DNA from: Escherichia phage vB_VIPECOMC06
Direction: 5' to 3' (one strand)
DNA length: 64,000 bases
Sequence record: PQ416618.1
In this document: piece after piece, positions 33,279 through 41,641 of the stretch
How positions within the stretch are numbered: the first letter of the stretch is position 1
Layout: each line of letters begins with the position of its first letter
Made by a program: the position numbers and the translations under genes
Notes under the pieces: generated by a model
What the model saw: the letters and a program-made list of their open reading frames with translations, nothing else
Told to the model about the DNA's origin: nothing
Database searches by the model: none

Positions 33279-33458
33279 ATGGCAAAACAAGCTAAAGCAA
33301 AGAAAGCAGTCGAAAAGAAAGTTGATGGTACCTCTAAACGCGCTGGATACAAGCGTGGGTCGAACTATCGTATTAATCAAACCGTTGAGAAGATCATGCG
33401 CAGAGCACGTGCAGTTCTTCGAGATGATGCTTCTCGTTTTGGAAAGGTTGTTGCATAA
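33279..33458 (+). CDS. Small basic protein, 59 aa (below ORF-track cutoff)
   Basis: MAKQAKAKKAVEKKVDGTSKRAGYKRGSNYRINQTVEKIMRRARAVLRDDASRFGKVVA; followed directly by a UUCG terminator hairpin; explains locus better than antisense track ORF 33153..33380. Confidence 0.5.
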   Translation: MAKQAKAKKAVEKKVDGTSKRAGYKRGSNYRINQTVEKIMRRARAVLRDDASRFGKVVA

Positions 33459-33463
33459 TTTTA

Positions 33464-33485
33464 GGGAGACTTCGGTCTCCCTTTT
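33464..33485 (+). terminator. Intrinsic terminator after small ORF 33279
   Basis: GGGAGACTTCGGTCTCCC + TTTTGTG. Confidence 0.7.
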
Positions 33486-33518
33486 GTGCGTTTAGGGCAG
33501 AAAAAGTTTAAAAAAGAT

Positions 33519-33551
33519 GTTTACTCTCCTGTAGGATGTGTTACTATAGAC
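33519..33551 (+). promoter_or_regulatory. Early promoter upstream of ORF 33589
   Basis: GTTTAC … GTTACTATAGAC. Confidence 0.65.
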
Positions 33552-33588
33552 TTGTACCACCTAATCAATAAAACAACCGGAGAATAAA

Positions 33589-33960
33589 ATGAACATTATC
33601 AATTTAAATGCTACAATTAAATGCCGTGACCATGATGGATATAAATCTCAAGTTGTTAACGAGTTACAGTGGATGGTTCGTTCAGTTCAAGGTGATGTGG
33701 TTTATTGTACAACTCCTGATGGCCCTTCAGACGATTTTTGTTATCATATCGAAATCGAAAACTTTTTCACTGGTGAAATTTACCGTCTGAATTCTACAGT
33801 TTATGGTTGTATTCGTTCTAAAACTTACGAAGATGAAGAGACTGGTTACTCTGAAGATGTTGTATGGTACGAAAATGCCAGAAATCGCGCAGAGGCATTA
33901 ATCGAGAAGATTAAAGCAAAAGGTGTTATCGATTCAGCTAAGTGGACAAAAATCAAATAA
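33589..33960 (+). CDS. Hypothetical early protein, 123 aa
   Basis: ORF with own early promoter and RBS GGAGAA. Confidence 0.6.
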   Translation: MNIINLNATIKCRDHDGYKSQVVNELQWMVRSVQGDVVYCTTPDGPSDDFCYHIEIENFFTGEIYRLNSTVYGCIRSKTYEDEETGYSEDVVWYENARNRAEALIEKIKAKGVIDSAKWTKIK

Positions 33961-33964
33961 AAAT

Positions 33965-34004
33965 GTTTACTTTGGTACAGGTTTTGTTATTATAGACCTG
34001 TACC
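33965..34004 (+). promoter_or_regulatory. Early promoter with stem-loop (PeSL-like) upstream of ORF 34035
   Basis: GTTTAC; -10 GTTATTATAGAC flanked by inverted repeat GGTACAGG / CCTGTACC. Confidence 0.65.
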
Positions 34005-34034
34005 AACAAACAACTTAAACATCTGGAGAATAAA

Positions 34035-34400
34035 ATGAACTACATCAACTTCGAACGTAAATATGTTTCTAACGGTATTGCTGGTTCTATTGATACGATT
34101 TGCTTATGGAAACATAATAACGGTTCAGTATGTGAAATTGAGCAGTATATGACTCCTAATTACGTTTATATGCGATTTGAAAATGGCATCACGGTTTCAA
34201 TCACGATGGAAGGTTCTACTTTTAAAATCGCTTTAGATGATGATTTCCGTCAACGTGATTTAGGTACCCATCCTTGCTGGAACGGCGTTAATCGTAAGCT
34301 TCTGGTTAAAACCTGGATTCGTCACATCCTGAGCAACCGAGCTAAACCTGAACATCTCGAAGCAATCTTTGATGTAGTTCTGAATGAATTCGATATCTAA
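34035..34400 (+). CDS. Hypothetical early protein, 121 aa
   Basis: ORF with own early promoter; followed by UUCG hairpin. Confidence 0.6.
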   Translation: MNYINFERKYVSNGIAGSIDTICLWKHNNGSVCEIEQYMTPNYVYMRFENGITVSITMEGSTFKIALDDDFRQRDLGTHPCWNGVNRKLLVKTWIRHILSNRAKPEHLEAIFDVVLNEFDI

Positions 34401-34410
34401 TCTTAAAAAT

Positions 34411-34430
34411 GGAGGCTTCGGCCTCCTTTG
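34411..34430 (+). terminator. Hairpin/terminator after ORF 34035
   Basis: GGAGGCTTCGGCCTCC + TTTG. Confidence 0.55.
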
Positions 34431-34441
34431 AGGAAAATATT

Positions 34442-34729
34442 ATGTTTATGACCACTTATTTCGATACTCGTAAAAATTTCTGTGAAGTTGTTTTCTCTAA
34501 AGCTGGTAAAGACGTTCCTGCCGACAAACAACCTACTCGTGAATCTATTAAGGCTTATGCTGATGTTGTATGCCCGGTAGAATTCCGTACTGTTAATGGA
34601 CGTGATACCCTGGCAATCACTAAGCTCAACCGTGACATCAATATCGACCCAAGTGTCGCCCGTGAAGTCAATACCTCTGACATCTATGGTGGTAATGTTA
34701 AATCACACGGCTTTCAGATGAGGTTCTAA
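34442..34729 (+). CDS. Hypothetical protein, about 95 aa
   Basis: ATG at 34442 after GAGGAAAA; track start 34409 would read through the terminator hairpin. Confidence 0.5.
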   Translation: MFMTTYFDTRKNFCEVVFSKAGKDVPADKQPTRESIKAYADVVCPVEFRTVNGRDTLAITKLNRDINIDPSVAREVNTSDIYGGNVKSHGFQMRF

Positions 34730-34923
34730 TGCAACTATTCTTATCACAAACAGTCCAGTTAAAAGGCATAGGTATTCCTGGAATGATTTCAAAGGTTCTA
34801 CCTGCTTTTAAATTAGGTAATGTTACTATTAAAAAAGCCTACGCCGTCTTATGGGTCGATGGAACTGAAGACGTTCGCATGAGTTCTGAATTAGAAGTTA
34901 TCAAAAACCTTAAAAGACTATGA
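34729..34923 (+). CDS. Hypothetical protein, 64 aa
   Basis: ORF with coupled stops and starts. Confidence 0.4.
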   Translation: MQLFLSQTVQLKGIGIPGMISKVLPAFKLGNVTIKKAYAVLWVDGTEDVRMSSELEVIKNLKRL

Positions 34924-35372
34924 TTGAAATCAGAAGCAATTTTCCATGGCCGTCATGTGCATTAAGTAACTTTGCTAAATGGCCTTTTGTTATGGATGGT
35001 ATTCAATTCGGAGGTCTTGAAGGATTTCTCCAAGGATGTAAGGTGAAAAATATTGAACAACAAAAACGTATATTTGGGTTGTCCGGATTGGCTGCACAGC
35101 AAGCTGGAAGGTCTTATGCAAGAGCTCAGGACCGTGGGACTCTCTTCTGGTTAGGAGTTCCATTTTCAAGATACTCCGAAGCGTGGAAAGAATTATACAC
35201 AAATGCATATTTTGAAGCCGCGATCCAAAACAAGGGGTTTCGTGATGCCTTACAAGCCTCTAAAGGAAAAATTTTGAAGCACAGCATGGCTAGCGGTCTA
35301 ACAAAAGATGATACAATACTAACCGAAGCTGAATTTATTGATGTGTTAAACCTATTAAGAGACTCTTTATGA
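34920..35372 (+). CDS. NADAR-family (YbiA/DUF1768-like) protein
   Basis: 150 aa; …LSNFAKWPFVMDGIQFGGLEGFLQGCKV… and C-terminal helical region align in pattern with E. coli YbiA (FSNFAAWPIKVDGKTWPTSEHYFQAQKF…). Confidence 0.6.
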   Translation: MIEIRSNFPWPSCALSNFAKWPFVMDGIQFGGLEGFLQGCKVKNIEQQKRIFGLSGLAAQQAGRSYARAQDRGTLFWLGVPFSRYSEAWKELYTNAYFEAAIQNKGFRDALQASKGKILKHSMASGLTKDDTILTEAEFIDVLNLLRDSL

Positions 35373-36193
35373 AACCTACTATTTTGACCGATATTGATGG
35401 TGTATGTTTAAGCTGGCAATCCGGACTTCCTTATTTTGCCCAAAAATATAATCTTCCATTAGAACATATTTTAAAAATGATTCAGGACGAAAAATTTATT
35501 TCTCCTGGTAAACTATTCAATACCGACGATAACCTTGGTAAACAATTAATAGAAAAATATAATAGCTCTGATTTTATTCGTTACTTAGCGCCTTATTCAG
35601 ATGCTCTTCGAGTTATCAATAAACTAAAAGAAGACTATAATTTTGTAGCCGTGACGGCGCTAGGTGATTCAATTGATGCTCGATTGAATAGACAATTTAA
35701 TTTGAATGCTTTGTTCCCAGGCGCTTTCTCTGAAGTAATGATGTGTGGTCATGATTCTTCAAAGGAACAATTATTCGAACTAGCTAAAACAAAATATAAC
35801 GTGATTTGTTACGTTGACGATTTAGCTCATCACTGTGACCATGCAGCAGAAATTCTTAATGTACCGATTTATTGGTTGGCTCGAGGTGAACGTGATGCCA
35901 TTCCTCGTACTGCACAACGTGTACACACGTGGGATGATATTGAATCTCGTTTGGTTCCACCTGAGCATAAGTCAGGTTCAGATCGTGAAGACCTTTTAAA
36001 ACGATTGGCCGATTTGCTTAAAGAATCTGGTGCAACAAGTCCAGGTGCATGGCCTAATCAAATCGGCGGCCCCTCGACAACACGTACTCCATATACCTGG
36101 CGAACTCCAGGACCAACTGATATGCAGCCGTGGTGGACGATTCAAAACTTTCCTTTAGATTCGTCTAAATGGACTTGGTCTATAAATTGTTAA
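35369..36193 (+). CDS. HAD-superfamily phosphatase-like protein (5'(3')-nucleotidase-like N-terminal domain) with unusual Trp/Pro/Thr-rich C-terminal tail
   Basis: 274 aa; motif I DIDGV near N-terminus, later VDD motif; C-terminal 60 aa compositionally odd. Confidence 0.5.
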   Translation: MKPTILTDIDGVCLSWQSGLPYFAQKYNLPLEHILKMIQDEKFISPGKLFNTDDNLGKQLIEKYNSSDFIRYLAPYSDALRVINKLKEDYNFVAVTALGDSIDARLNRQFNLNALFPGAFSEVMMCGHDSSKEQLFELAKTKYNVICYVDDLAHHCDHAAEILNVPIYWLARGERDAIPRTAQRVHTWDDIESRLVPPEHKSGSDREDLLKRLADLLKESGATSPGAWPNQIGGPSTTRTPYTWRTPGPTDMQPWWTIQNFPLDSSKWTWSINC

Positions 36194-36202
36194 GGGTTAA
36201 TT

Positions 36203-36472
36203 ATGTTTGTAGTTCATGATATTACAGATGGCAAAAACACAACGCGTGACTACGGTCACGTTAACATGTTCTTTCGAGACTGGCCATTGTTTCGTTCAGT
36301 AAAAGACGCAGAAATATTTAAAGAGTGTGTTGAACAAGGGTTCATCTACATTTCAGAATACTATGTTGAAGGACTCGGTAAATGGATTACCACTTATCAG
36401 AAAACGCTGAAATCGCTTCTAGATGAAGTGGCTTATAATAGAACCGTAACCAAAATCGAGGACATCAAATGA
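36203..36472 (+). CDS. Hypothetical protein, 89 aa
   Basis: ORF directly upstream of ligase. Confidence 0.5.
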   Translation: MFVVHDITDGKNTTRDYGHVNMFFRDWPLFRSVKDAEIFKECVEQGFIYISEYYVEGLGKWITTYQKTLKSLLDEVAYNRTVTKIEDIK

Positions 36473-37962
36473 TTTTAGATATTTTAAACCAAATAGCTGC
36501 GATCGGTTCTACTAAAACAAAACAAGAAATCCTTAAGAAAAATAAGGACAACAAATTACTTGAACGTGTGTATCGTTTAACATATGCACGTGGTATCCAG
36601 TATTATATTAAGAAATGGCCGGGGCCAGGTGAAAGGTCTCAAGCATATGGTCTTCTTGAATTAGATGACATGTTGGATTTTATTGAGTTCACATTAGCCA
36701 CTCGTAAACTCACTGGTAATGCTGCAATTAAAGAGCTCATGGGTTATATCGCTGATGGTAAACCTGATGATGTAGAAGTCCTTCGACGTGTAATGATGCG
36801 CGACCTTGAAGTAGGTGCTTCAGTGTCTATCGCGAATAAGGTGTGGCCTGGACTTATTCAATTGCAACCACAGATGTTAGCATCTGCATATGATGAGAAA
36901 TTGATTACTAAAAATATTAAATGGCCTGCATTTGCCCAATTAAAAGCAGATGGTGCTCGTTGTTTCGCTGAAGTTCGCGATGATGGTGTTCAATTCTTTT
37001 CTCGTGCCGGTAACGAATATCACGGTCTTACTCTATTAGCGGATGAACTAATGGAAATGACTAAAGAAGCTCGTGAAAGACACCCTAATGGGGTTTTAAT
37101 CGACGGTGAATTAGTTTATCATTCATTTGATATTAAAAAGGCTGTGAGCTCAGGAAATGACCTGTCGTTCTTATTTGGTGATAATGAAGAATCTGAAGAA
37201 GTACAAGTTGCAGACCGTAGCACTTCAAATGGTTTAGCAAATAAATCTCTTCAAGGGACTATTTCTCCTAAAGAAGCGGAAGGTATGGTTCTTCAAGCCT
37301 GGGACTATGTTCCTTTAGATGAAGTCTATTCTGATGGCAAAATTAAAGGTCAGAAATACGATGTTCGTTTTGCTGCTCTTGAAAATATGGCTGAAGGCTT
37401 TAAGCGAATTGAGCCAATTGAAAATCAGTTAGTTCGTAATCTTGATGAAGCTAAAGTGGTTTATAAAAAATATGTTGACCAAGGTCTTGAAGGTATTATC
37501 CTTAAAAACCGTGATTCATATTGGGAAAACAAACGCTCTAAGAACCTAATTAAATTTAAAGAAGTTATTGATATCGCTTTAGAAGTTGTAGGATACTATG
37601 AACACTCTAAAGACCCTAACAAATTAGGTGGTGTCGAACTCGTATCACGTTGTCGTCGTATTACAACCGATTGTGGTTCAGGGTTTAAAGATACAACTCA
37701 TAAAACAGTTGACGGTGTAAAGGTTCTTATTCCTTTAGACGAGCGTCATGATTTAGACCGTGAACGATTAATGACCGAAGCTCGTGAAGGTAAATTAATT
37801 GGACGTATCGCTGATTGTGAATGTAATGGTTGGGTTCATTCTAAAGGCCGTGAAGGTACTGTAGGTATTTTCCTTCCAATTATTAAAGGGTTCCGTTTTG
37901 ATAAAACAGAAGCGGATTCGTTTGAAGACGTATTTGGACCGTGGTCCCAGACAGGTTTATAA
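36469..37962 (+). CDS. 30: ATP-dependent DNA ligase gp30
   Basis: 497 aa; MILDILNQIAAIGSTKTKQEIL…, adenylation motif KADGAR; matches T4 DNA ligase. Confidence 0.95.
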   Translation: MILDILNQIAAIGSTKTKQEILKKNKDNKLLERVYRLTYARGIQYYIKKWPGPGERSQAYGLLELDDMLDFIEFTLATRKLTGNAAIKELMGYIADGKPDDVEVLRRVMMRDLEVGASVSIANKVWPGLIQLQPQMLASAYDEKLITKNIKWPAFAQLKADGARCFAEVRDDGVQFFSRAGNEYHGLTLLADELMEMTKEARERHPNGVLIDGELVYHSFDIKKAVSSGNDLSFLFGDNEESEEVQVADRSTSNGLANKSLQGTISPKEAEGMVLQAWDYVPLDEVYSDGKIKGQKYDVRFAALENMAEGFKRIEPIENQLVRNLDEAKVVYKKYVDQGLEGIILKNRDSYWENKRSKNLIKFKEVIDIALEVVGYYEHSKDPNKLGGVELVSRCRRITTDCGSGFKDTTHKTVDGVKVLIPLDERHDLDRERLMTEAREGKLIGRIADCECNGWVHSKGREGTVGIFLPIIKGFRFDKTEADSFEDVFGPWSQTGL

Positions 37963-38150
37963 TGAAAGCTTATTTAGAAACAGTTGTTGTAGCTAAGAAG
38001 GATGGTGGAGATGTTTCCACCTCTTGCTCTCAGATTATATTAGATTTTCCTAATGAAAATTCGTATCGGGTTTTCGTAGATAACGTTAATGGGTACGAAA
38101 AAGGCCCCAATTTTGAAGTTTATCGCACTTTGCTCCCGATTGTAGATTAA
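37962..38150 (+). CDS. Hypothetical protein, about 62 aa
   Basis: ATG at 37962 overlapping ligase stop (TAATG); followed by UUCG hairpin. Confidence 0.45.
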   Translation: MKAYLETVVVAKKDGGDVSTSCSQIILDFPNENSYRVFVDNVNGYEKGPNFEVYRTLLPIVD

Positions 38151-38169
38151 GAGCCTTCGGGCTCTTTTT
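38150..38169 (+). terminator. Intrinsic terminator after ORF 37962
   Basis: AGAGCCTTCGGGCTCT + TTTTG. Confidence 0.65.
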
Positions 38170-38205
38170 GGCATAAATATAAATTATTACTAAAAGGAAA
38201 ACACT

Positions 38206-40293
38206 ATGTCTGAACAATTAAATGAAGTGTTTGAATCTGAAGGCAGTCTTCCTGTCGTCAATTTGAACCCTAAAGCTAAAGTTCCACAAGTCTGGAAAAT
38301 TGGTGATGTTGATACAAACATTGTAGTTCGCTTATTCTCTTACCTTTCTGAAGGCGATGCTGTAAAACAAGTTAAACTTGGCGACAAATACGCTCATGTT
38401 GTTATTATGAGTCTGTCTGAAAAGGGTAATCTCGCTGAATTGAAAAACGGCCTTGGTCCTGCTCCTATTGATGCAATCAACACCATTTTCAATACAGTAT
38501 ATGAACAAGTTAAAGCTCTTCGTATGGATGCAGTTCTGTTCCGATTCCCTACAAAGAAATTGAAAGGACGCGGACAACAACTTCAAACTCTTCTTGCTCG
38601 TTTAGTTTCTACTAAAACCGGTGGTCGTTTTAAAGTATTGTCGGCAATGTATCAATTCACAGGTAAACACACCTATGTGATGATGGTTCGTAAAAATGCT
38701 AACATTGAAGATATTAAAGGCATCCCTAACATTAACACAGAGTTGTACACGAAAGTTGATTCTGACGTTGGAGAAGTTTATGTGAGTAAAAAGACTGGTG
38801 AAATGGTCACCAAAGAAACGGCTATCGCTGGTTCTATTGCTGCTGTAGAAGAAAAACGTAAAGATAAGCCTGTTATTGCTCGTACTAAAATTTCTCGTCG
38901 TGCTATTGCAGCAAGTCAATCTTTAGAAGCTGACCGCCAAGAAGGTGAGTTATTCCAGAAATACGAAAATTCTGCTAAAGAAGTTAGTGGCCCAGCTACA
39001 GCCGAATTACTTCCTGAAGCATATGAAATCGTACTAGCCCAAGCATCGTCCACAGCAAAAGGCACTTTAGTTGCTGATATCGAAAATAAGATTTATAATC
39101 GTATTGATGAATCCTTTAGATTTGCTGATGAAGTTTCTTATGGTAGTGTTATTAAACCAACTTTAGAAAAGTTTGCTAAGAAAATTAAAACTGAAAAAAC
39201 AACATCTGTTAAAGCATTAGCTGCTTTTGTTGAAGCTGCAAATGAAATTGCAGACTCTATTAAAGACGAATGGTTTGAAGATTTTAGACGTGATAATTTC
39301 CAACTGGCTGACGACGTTTTAGCTGAAGTATCTGAAAAAACTTGGAAACAACGTAAATCAGCGTTCTTGTCTAATGTGATGTATACTTATGCACGAGAAT
39401 CGGCTAGAGGCACCTTTAATATAACAATGAATCGGGTCCCTAATCAATACTCTGTTGCTGAAAAACGAGCTATTCGTGAATATGCCTCTTCTGCGTATAC
39501 TGATATCAATAATATGTTGTTAGGTCGTTATAAACCAGATTTTTACGATGTTGCAGATGAAGATGAAGTTAAACGCGCTATTGATGGTCTTGATTCAGCG
39601 TTTTTAAATGGAGACCGTTTACCTGAAGGACTAACGTTATATAGAGCTCAGTCTATCAGAATGCCTATTTACGAAGCAATGGTTAAAAATAAGGTATTCT
39701 ACTTCAGAAACTATGTTTCCACTTCACTAGCTCCTATTATTTTCGGTGGGTTTAAAGAGAACGTTGCCCTTGGACTTGCTCCTGAAGAAGTTCGCAAAGA
39801 GCTTAACATTGACAATAATGACGAAGGTGTTACTATTTCTCCTAGTCTGGTGCGTACCGCTATGCATGCACCAGACCAAATCCGTGTTAACGTTGGATGG
39901 GCTATTGATGGCGCCCATAAAGTTAACGTGATTTATCCTGGACAGTTGAGTAATCACCCTAATGAGCAAGAAATTATTTTGCCTAGAGGTATTCTCTTGC
40001 AGATAAATAAAATTACAGATGCGTCATCTGACACCGGTGCAGGTTTAGAATCCAACCTTAAATTTATTCAAGCTGAAGTCATGTCCTCAGACCAGTTGGA
40101 CGAAGCTGTCATTTACGATGGTGATGTTCTCATGGAAACAGGCGAGGTGGTTGCTATGACTGGTGAAATCGAATCGGATGAGCCGGTATCGTTCTCTTCA
40201 TTTGTAGAAAAAACTAGTGCTCCTAAAGGATTGAAATTGTTAGCATCTTTAATGGATTTAGAATCAGTTCCGTTTAAATTTGTCCAAGGATAG
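38206..40293 (+). CDS. alt: Alt-like ADP-ribosyltransferase (packaged, modifies host RNA polymerase in T4)
   Basis: 695 aa; position next to gene 54 as in T4; R-S-E-type ART signature elements (…LYRAQS…, …YVSTSL…, …EQEIILPRG…); conserved …ISRRAIAASQSLEA…. Confidence 0.8.
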   Translation: MSEQLNEVFESEGSLPVVNLNPKAKVPQVWKIGDVDTNIVVRLFSYLSEGDAVKQVKLGDKYAHVVIMSLSEKGNLAELKNGLGPAPIDAINTIFNTVYEQVKALRMDAVLFRFPTKKLKGRGQQLQTLLARLVSTKTGGRFKVLSAMYQFTGKHTYVMMVRKNANIEDIKGIPNINTELYTKVDSDVGEVYVSKKTGEMVTKETAIAGSIAAVEEKRKDKPVIARTKISRRAIAASQSLEADRQEGELFQKYENSAKEVSGPATAELLPEAYEIVLAQASSTAKGTLVADIENKIYNRIDESFRFADEVSYGSVIKPTLEKFAKKIKTEKTTSVKALAAFVEAANEIADSIKDEWFEDFRRDNFQLADDVLAEVSEKTWKQRKSAFLSNVMYTYARESARGTFNITMNRVPNQYSVAEKRAIREYASSAYTDINNMLLGRYKPDFYDVADEDEVKRAIDGLDSAFLNGDRLPEGLTLYRAQSIRMPIYEAMVKNKVFYFRNYVSTSLAPIIFGGFKENVALGLAPEEVRKELNIDNNDEGVTISPSLVRTAMHAPDQIRVNVGWAIDGAHKVNVIYPGQLSNHPNEQEIILPRGILLQINKITDASSDTGAGLESNLKFIQAEVMSSDQLDEAVIYDGDVLMETGEVVAMTGEIESDEPVSFSSFVEKTSAPKGLKLLASLMDLESVPFKFVQG

Positions 40294-40326
40294 TTTACAA
40301 ACACATGGATGTGTGATACTATCATC
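40294..40326 (+). promoter_or_regulatory. Early promoter upstream of ORF 40352
   Basis: GTTTAC; near-palindromic ACACATGGATGTGT; -10 GATACTAT. Confidence 0.6.
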
Positions 40327-40351
40327 CCATCAACAACATGAGGAAAACGTT

Positions 40352-40645
40352 ATGAAATCTATGCTTCGCTTTAATGGTCAAGAACTAGTAGTTGAAGATG
40401 TTATCCCAGCGGATGATGCTTTTAACGAAGCTGTGATTGACGAATTGAATCGAGTATTCCCAGGTGCATTCCATATTGCTATGGAACCTCTTAAAAACTT
40501 TCGTGACCCTGAGCACACTGATCAAATTTTTGTCGGTGTAGTGACAGGTCATTTAGAAACAGAGGTACCAATGGTTGTATTAGTTAAATACTCTAAAGAT
40601 GATACTCCATTCCGAGCACCAGCATTCCTTTCATTCCGTAAATAA
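40352..40645 (+). CDS. Hypothetical early protein, about 97 aa
   Basis: ATG at 40352 after GAGGAAAA with early promoter upstream; track ORF 40280 starts inside the promoter. Confidence 0.5.
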   Translation: MKSMLRFNGQELVVEDVIPADDAFNEAVIDELNRVFPGAFHIAMEPLKNFRDPEHTDQIFVGVVTGHLETEVPMVVLVKYSKDDTPFRAPAFLSFRK

Positions 40646-40652
40646 ACCCCTA

Positions 40653-40676
40653 AAGGGAGACGTTGTCTCCCTTTTT
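40653..40676. terminator. Bidirectional terminator between ORF 40352 (+) and gene 54 (-)
   Basis: AAGGGAGACGTTGTCTCCCTT flanked by A run and T run. Confidence 0.65.
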
Positions 40677-40678
40677 CC

Positions 40679-41641
40679 TTATAGTCCTAAAACTCTTGAC
40701 GCAGAATTCACAACACCTGTCAATGTGTTTATATTAGACACACCTCCAGCAGTCCCACCTAATCTAGAAAGTCTTGATACTGCACTTCCTAGACCAGAAT
40801 CATTCTGATTATTTCCAAACATTCCTGAAACACTACTAATAAGTCCTGATTCCAGCCATTCTAAAGCAGCCTGTCTATTTACAGCACCTGATTGCATAAC
40901 GCGATAAGCAAATGTTACATCAAAAACTGTTATCTGATTATCACCATCATACGTTAACTCAGGAGAAGAGACACTAACAGGAATACATCCAGTGAACATG
41001 ACAGCGGTATGTGGTAAACCATTTCGTGCATGTAAATTAACCTGAATATCTGCTTCGACGTCTTGTGGTAAAGCACGAAGACCTGTTACAGGGTCTTGGA
41101 CTGAGTTTACCCAGTCTTGCATTGCTCTAAAGTTAGATGCTTCTGAATCCATTCTAAAGCTTATTACTAACGGGTCCATTTCACGGCCGGTAATTCGGAT
41201 GTTCGGTGAGTTATGGTTGAAATCTGTTTCATAAGATAATCGGTTCTCAGGCATTTTTACAGAATAAATCATTAAACCTGTATTATTATATGCCATATTG
41301 AAGAAGTCTATCAGATAAGATCCTACTGTGAACTCGCCTAACAAGCTTTGTACCGTACGTTGACTCATTGCTCCAATCAGATATTTACTTACACCCGATT
41401 TTCGAATTAATTTCTGTGTTCCTGCTGTAATCAGGGTTGTTACGCCCTGATTGATATCACCTTGAGTTAATCCTAACCAATCGGAATCCAACCCTAAGTT
41501 ATTATAAGCAAAACTACCAATTGACGAAATTAGTGAAGACGATTTGGTTGATGGTGTAGTAGCAAATACACAACTAAACATATTGTTTCGTTGGAAATCT
41601 GCATTTATAGCTTGGTTATTAAATTCTTCTAAAGAGTACAT
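40679..41641 (-). CDS. 54: Baseplate tail-tube initiator gp54
   Basis: 320 aa; MYSLEEFNNQAINADFQRNNMFSCVF… matches T4 gp54. Confidence 0.85.
   Translation of the reverse strand: MYSLEEFNNQAINADFQRNNMFSCVFATTPSTKSSSLISSIGSFAYNNLGLDSDWLGLTQGDINQGVTTLITAGTQKLIRKSGVSKYLIGAMSQRTVQSLLGEFTVGSYLIDFFNMAYNNTGLMIYSVKMPENRLSYETDFNHNSPNIRITGREMDPLVISFRMDSEASNFRAMQDWVNSVQDPVTGLRALPQDVEADIQVNLHARNGLPHTAVMFTGCIPVSVSSPELTYDGDNQITVFDVTFAYRVMQSGAVNRQAALEWLESGLISSVSGMFGNNQNDSGLGSAVSRLSRLGGTAGGVSNINTLTGVVNSASRVLGL

Noticed and set aside
33153-33380. 75-aa minus-strand track ORF
   Set aside because: Overlaps a plus-strand 59-aa ORF that has a terminator directly downstream and fits the local plus-strand gene orientation; the minus ORF has no RBS or promoter context.
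34409-34441. Upstream extension of ORF 34409..34729
   Set aside because: It would be translated through the GGAGGCTTCGGCCTCC terminator hairpin; the ATG at 34442 with GAGGAAAA RBS is more plausible.
40280-40351. Upstream extension of ORF 40280..40645
   Set aside because: It runs through the early promoter and overlaps the alt stop; the internal ATG at 40352 has a proper RBS.
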